DNA of 36,633 nt from NCBI GenBank assembly GCA_000934665.2, contig JYFJ02003907.1:1-36633 (forward strand). The letters are read 5' to 3'. Each line of letters opens with the position of its first letter. Position 1 is the first letter of the stretch. Made by a program: the position numbers and the translations under genes. Under the pieces are notes generated by a model. It was not told the DNA's origin and ran no database searches. It saw only the letters and a list, made by a program, of their open reading frames with translations. Positions 32,980 through 36,633 of the stretch are shown here, one piece after another. This DNA is from Catajapyx aquilonaris (Eukaryota).

Positions 32980-34729
32980 GTATGTCTTGCCCGCAATCAT
33001 TGGTTTCTGCCCCATACCAGGGGTATGCATAATATCGGTTCTGGCCAATAATTTCTAATCCCATGCAAACAACTTTGAACTTGTCTTCCCCATTTCCTAA
33101 AGAGATAAACAATTCCTCACATACTTCCTTAAAAACTACCCATAGTTGTTTCCAAAAAATTAATAACTGTGAAATGCTATTCTCTGTTGACACTGTTTTT
33201 CTGTTGCCTAATTGTCCACTTTAGTCATGGGATTTAGTTTACTAATTTATTGCTTTTATGATTTAAAAAAAAACTAGACAGCATGAACGTTAACCCTTTA
33301 GTTGCAATCTGTCATCTGTTGAGGTCATTNGGGGGGGAATGTATTATAATATGAATGGATAGTAAAAAAAAGTTTAGATGGTGTGTTGGCATGGAGTAAA
33401 TATTTCAATAGTGCAATATATTTTGTTGTTATTTGGGGACATTTTAATTGAAATCACCCCTATAGCTGAGACATAAATCCACCCAGTACTACAATTATTC
33501 ATATCTTACAATGCTTGATTTGATATTGCAGCTGCAAGGTTATGGGTTACAATCGCAGCAGCCATGCTGGCAGTCTCCATTGTAATTAGAATATATTTAA
33601 TGTTGATGATGTATACAGTTGTGAAATATCATTTAGTTTATGCTTGTCTAAAATGCAGGTCACTGCATTTCATTCATACAATGTAGTTTTCTACACTGAA
33701 ACCTGTCTATAGCAGTGCCACTCTGTAGTTTAGTTCAATAATTTTCCAAACTGAACAGGGGTCTGTTGTAAGTTCGTACCTTTTAAAGATGTATTACACA
33801 TACTTTTATTCACTGATAGATGCAGAACCTTCTGTCGTATCTAGTCAACACATGTGGAATGGCAATGCAGATTAATGTTATGGCTTTTATGTGTAATCCT
33901 CCAGAAAGTTAAACTCCAGAGAGTGAAGCAGACTCTGGACAAAGCCAGGAGTAACTCAGCTTCACATAAAATGAAAGTGGGAAGCCCAGTCTTGCCATTT
34001 AACTTAGGAACCTTCTATATGTAGGTGCAAATGTTACTGATAATGGCCTATTAGGAGCACCTAAACAAAGACACTAATATTATGACTGGCTCTGGCTTTA
34101 AATTTTGCCCAGTATAAGGAGAGCGACAGCATATTCTTGGAGTTGAGCAGTTACAGTATTTACTTGTTAGAGAACAATCTGATTCCATTTACAGTATATG
34201 AATACCCAAAAGAAGGTGAAGATAAAACTACAGTGTAATGGAAACTGCCATTGCATATCAATTAGGAATGGAGATGTTGTTAATGCATGTGCTGAAGAGG
34301 TGGAAAACATTTATATCTCACTATAGGTTCTAAAGTTGAAAGTATAATTAGTAACAATGGAATTTGAAGGAGGGTAATTCTAACATAGATCAGCACCTTC
34401 AGATGAAGTGGTGCCATATTAATAACATCTAAGTGTTGTAGTCTTGTTGCATGCCAATGTCGTTATGCTGTGGTGGAGTAGTATTGATTTCTAACTGTAG
34501 TTGTTAACCTACCACAACACTCAAATCCAAAATCACCTTGCACCATATTACAAGAATAAAAAATCAGGGATGAGGTAGGGCATGAAGAGGATGCTTGGTG
34601 TTGTTCAGCTGAAGGGAGTTCCTTTCTACAATCCTCACTATCACACCTGTTTTCTCCATGAAGCTGAACAACTGCCGGGCTGGCTTCTGCAGTAACATTT
34701 TCACTTAATTGATTTTTTTCCTGTCTCAG

Positions 34730-34885
34730 ATGGGAGTGTGTGTGAAGATCCTTAGTGATGTGATGGAAAAGCTTCACCGCAAAGACCTTGGTCCCACCCA
34801 TGCTGATGTTGAATGCATCATGATGTGTGTCCTCAGAACAGTCATCCAGTCAGTTGCTGCCATGGACCTTGAAAACCCACTGCTG
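34730..34885 (+). CDS. mbc: DOCK1/mbc exon 14
   Basis: CVKILSDVMEKLHRKDLGPT...LRTVIQSV; CAG/GTGTGT, phase 0/0. Confidence 0.9.
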
Positions 34886-35213
34886 GTGTGTATAATATTA
34901 GACCTCAAGGGCTGTTCCAGTAAATGAAGAGATACACAAAGCTAGATGTGTTCTTCTTGACTGGTAAACAGAGATGATCAGATGATGGGACATAGATAAG
35001 TACAGTTAATGAAGGAGTCCCAGGATTGATGCCATTGTAATGTAGTTGAAATGTATCTTTTGGCAGTCATTAACTTCATTCTTTGTACAAAAAGGCTTTC
35101 CATTTTGATATACAAAATATGTTTCTAGTATTCAGTTGACCTGATAAGGTCAGTTTCACCTTGGTTACCAGATTGTAGAGCACCAGTAACCGATGCATTC
35201 CCTACATTCGCAG

Positions 35214-35640
35214 GGCAACATGGTGGCAGTGATGGTAGCTATATTTCGTCAGATGAACCCCTTGCACTACCAGCACTATCTAGACCAGTTTGCCACACGC
35301 TCAGACCTCCTGGACTTCCTAATGGAGATTATGACCTTGTTCCAGAACCTTGTGTCAGATTGTGTCTATCCCTCAGACTGGTGTGAAATGATCATGCTGC
35401 AGAACAATGTGATCCTGAAATCCCTACGGCATTTTTCACATGTGATTCGTGACAGGTTTACTAGTCCGTTTGAGCTGGATCTATGGAACAACTTTTTTCA
35501 TTGTGCCATTGCCTTCCTCACCCAGAAGCCTTTACAGCTGGAGGACTTTTCACAGAATAAGAGGAGTAGGATACTGTCTCGTTACAGGGATATGAGAAGG
35601 GAGACTGGCTTTGAGATCCGCAGCATGTGGTTCAATTTGG
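35214..35640 (+). CDS. mbc: DOCK1/mbc exon 15 (gene continues beyond window; DHR-2 not reached)
   Basis: VYPSDWCEMIMLQNNVIL...LWNNFFHCAIAFLTQ...YRDMRR...MWFNLG; CAG/GTGAGT. Confidence 0.95.
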
Positions 35641-35757
35641 GTGAGTTACCATATTTACGTAGAAAAAATTAGTTTCCTTGGGAGGTATGTTCGTAGCTGC
35701 AGTGCACAACTTTCCCAGATACTTACTAATGAAGGACGAGAATACAAAAGTATAATT

Positions 35758-36006
35758 GAAGACCTGATAGCAAAAAGGGCAGATGTCATGAAAAATGCAA
35801 TTTGCAGATAGCGACGCCAAGTGGTAGTCAGTAGCAATGCGGAGGTCCCCACAAATTCCATTCCGTGAAAATGGCAGTAGTCTGGTAGAAAAACATCGAC
35901 AAAGATAGTGTTATAATATCACCGTGCATGGGAAGCAGGGAAGTTTTTCTTTGTTTTCTCGAAACTATCCATCATTGACATCTGCCCTTTTTGCTATCAG
36001 GTCTTC
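35758..36006. mobile_element. MITE with perfect 31-bp TIR and AATT flanks (Sola-like?)
   Basis: AATT|GAAGACCTGATAGCAAAAAGGGCAGATGTCA ... TGACATCTGCCCTTTTTGCTATCAGGTCTTC|AATT. Confidence 0.88.
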
Positions 36007-36171
36007 AATTTTGGTTGTTCTTGAAGACATTTCGTTTATATTTTGAGATATTGTGTGTGATGCTAAAATGTTTATTTTATATCATGGTTTAACCCTTTGA
36101 TGGCGGAGTTTTTGAGGGATTGCATTACCCCAGGGCCTGAGTTTTTTTTTCCCCCTTTTCCGGAAATTTTG

Positions 36172-36633
36172 TGACCTCACCTATTTTCTTCAAATTCGGT
36201 GCGTAGGTAGCCCACCCCAAGGGATGAAAAACGCACCTATAGTGACCTGATCAAAATGACCCTGTGACCCAATTTTGAGGGGGGCAGAGGTCAAATCATA
36301 AAATTTTGACCTCACCAATTTTCCTCAAATTCGGTCCATTGGTATCCCACACCAAGGGATGGCAAACGCACCTATAGTTCCCTGCTCGAAATGACCCTGT
36401 GACCCATATTGGAGGGGGTCAGAGGTCAAATTTTGACCTCACCGATGTTATTCAAATTTGGTGCATAGGTAGCCCACCCAAAGGGATGAAAAACGCACCT
36501 ATAGTTACCTGATCAAAATGACCTCGTGATCCAATTTTGAGGGGGGCAGAGGTCAAATCATAAAATTCCGACCTCACCGATTTTCTTGAAATTCGGTGCA
36601 TTGATAGCCCACACCAAGGGATGACAAACGCAC
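36172..36633. repeat. Tandem repeat of about 127-135-bp units with dimeric higher order, running off the window
   Basis: Units start at 36172, 36307, 36434 and 36569 (GACCTCACC...CAAGGGATG..AAACGCAC). Confidence 0.93.

Noticed and set aside
36172..36633. CRISPR-like array, or nuclear-receptor sites (AGGTCA...TGACCT)
   Set aside because: Whole units repeat with no unique spacers and the DNA is eukaryotic. Half-site spacing is not the IR1 ecdysone-element geometry and is intrinsic to the repeat.

Overview
Eukaryotic, most likely arthropod/insect, genomic DNA (GT-AG introns, TTAGG repeats, Ttk-type BTB gene). Three intron-containing genes lie in tandem on the + strand. (1) Condensin I kleisin NCAPH/barren: 4 coding exons, 1189-7917, about 661 aa. 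(2) A Ttk-type BTB + 2xC2H2 zinc-finger gene: 4 exons, 9967-13327, about 339 aa. (3) The 5' part of a DOCK-A Rac-GEF (DOCK1/myoblast city): 15 phase-consistent exons, 18118-35640, continuing past the window, plus a candidate 117-nt cassette exon. Introns are packed with non-autonomous mobile elements whose TIRs/TSDs can often be read directly: hAT, PIF/Harbinger, Tc1/mariner and piggyBac MITEs, Helitron/Helentron-type elements, long fold-backs and modular tRNA-derived SINEs, frequently nested. Best leads: a CpG-rich, strand-specifically structured insert inside an interstitial TTAGG array; SINEs that swap 3' tails and share a covarying 3' RNA structure; the cassette exon; and a Trp-to-Gly change in the kleisin safety-belt latch. 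Family assignments come from motif recognition by eye; no searches were run.
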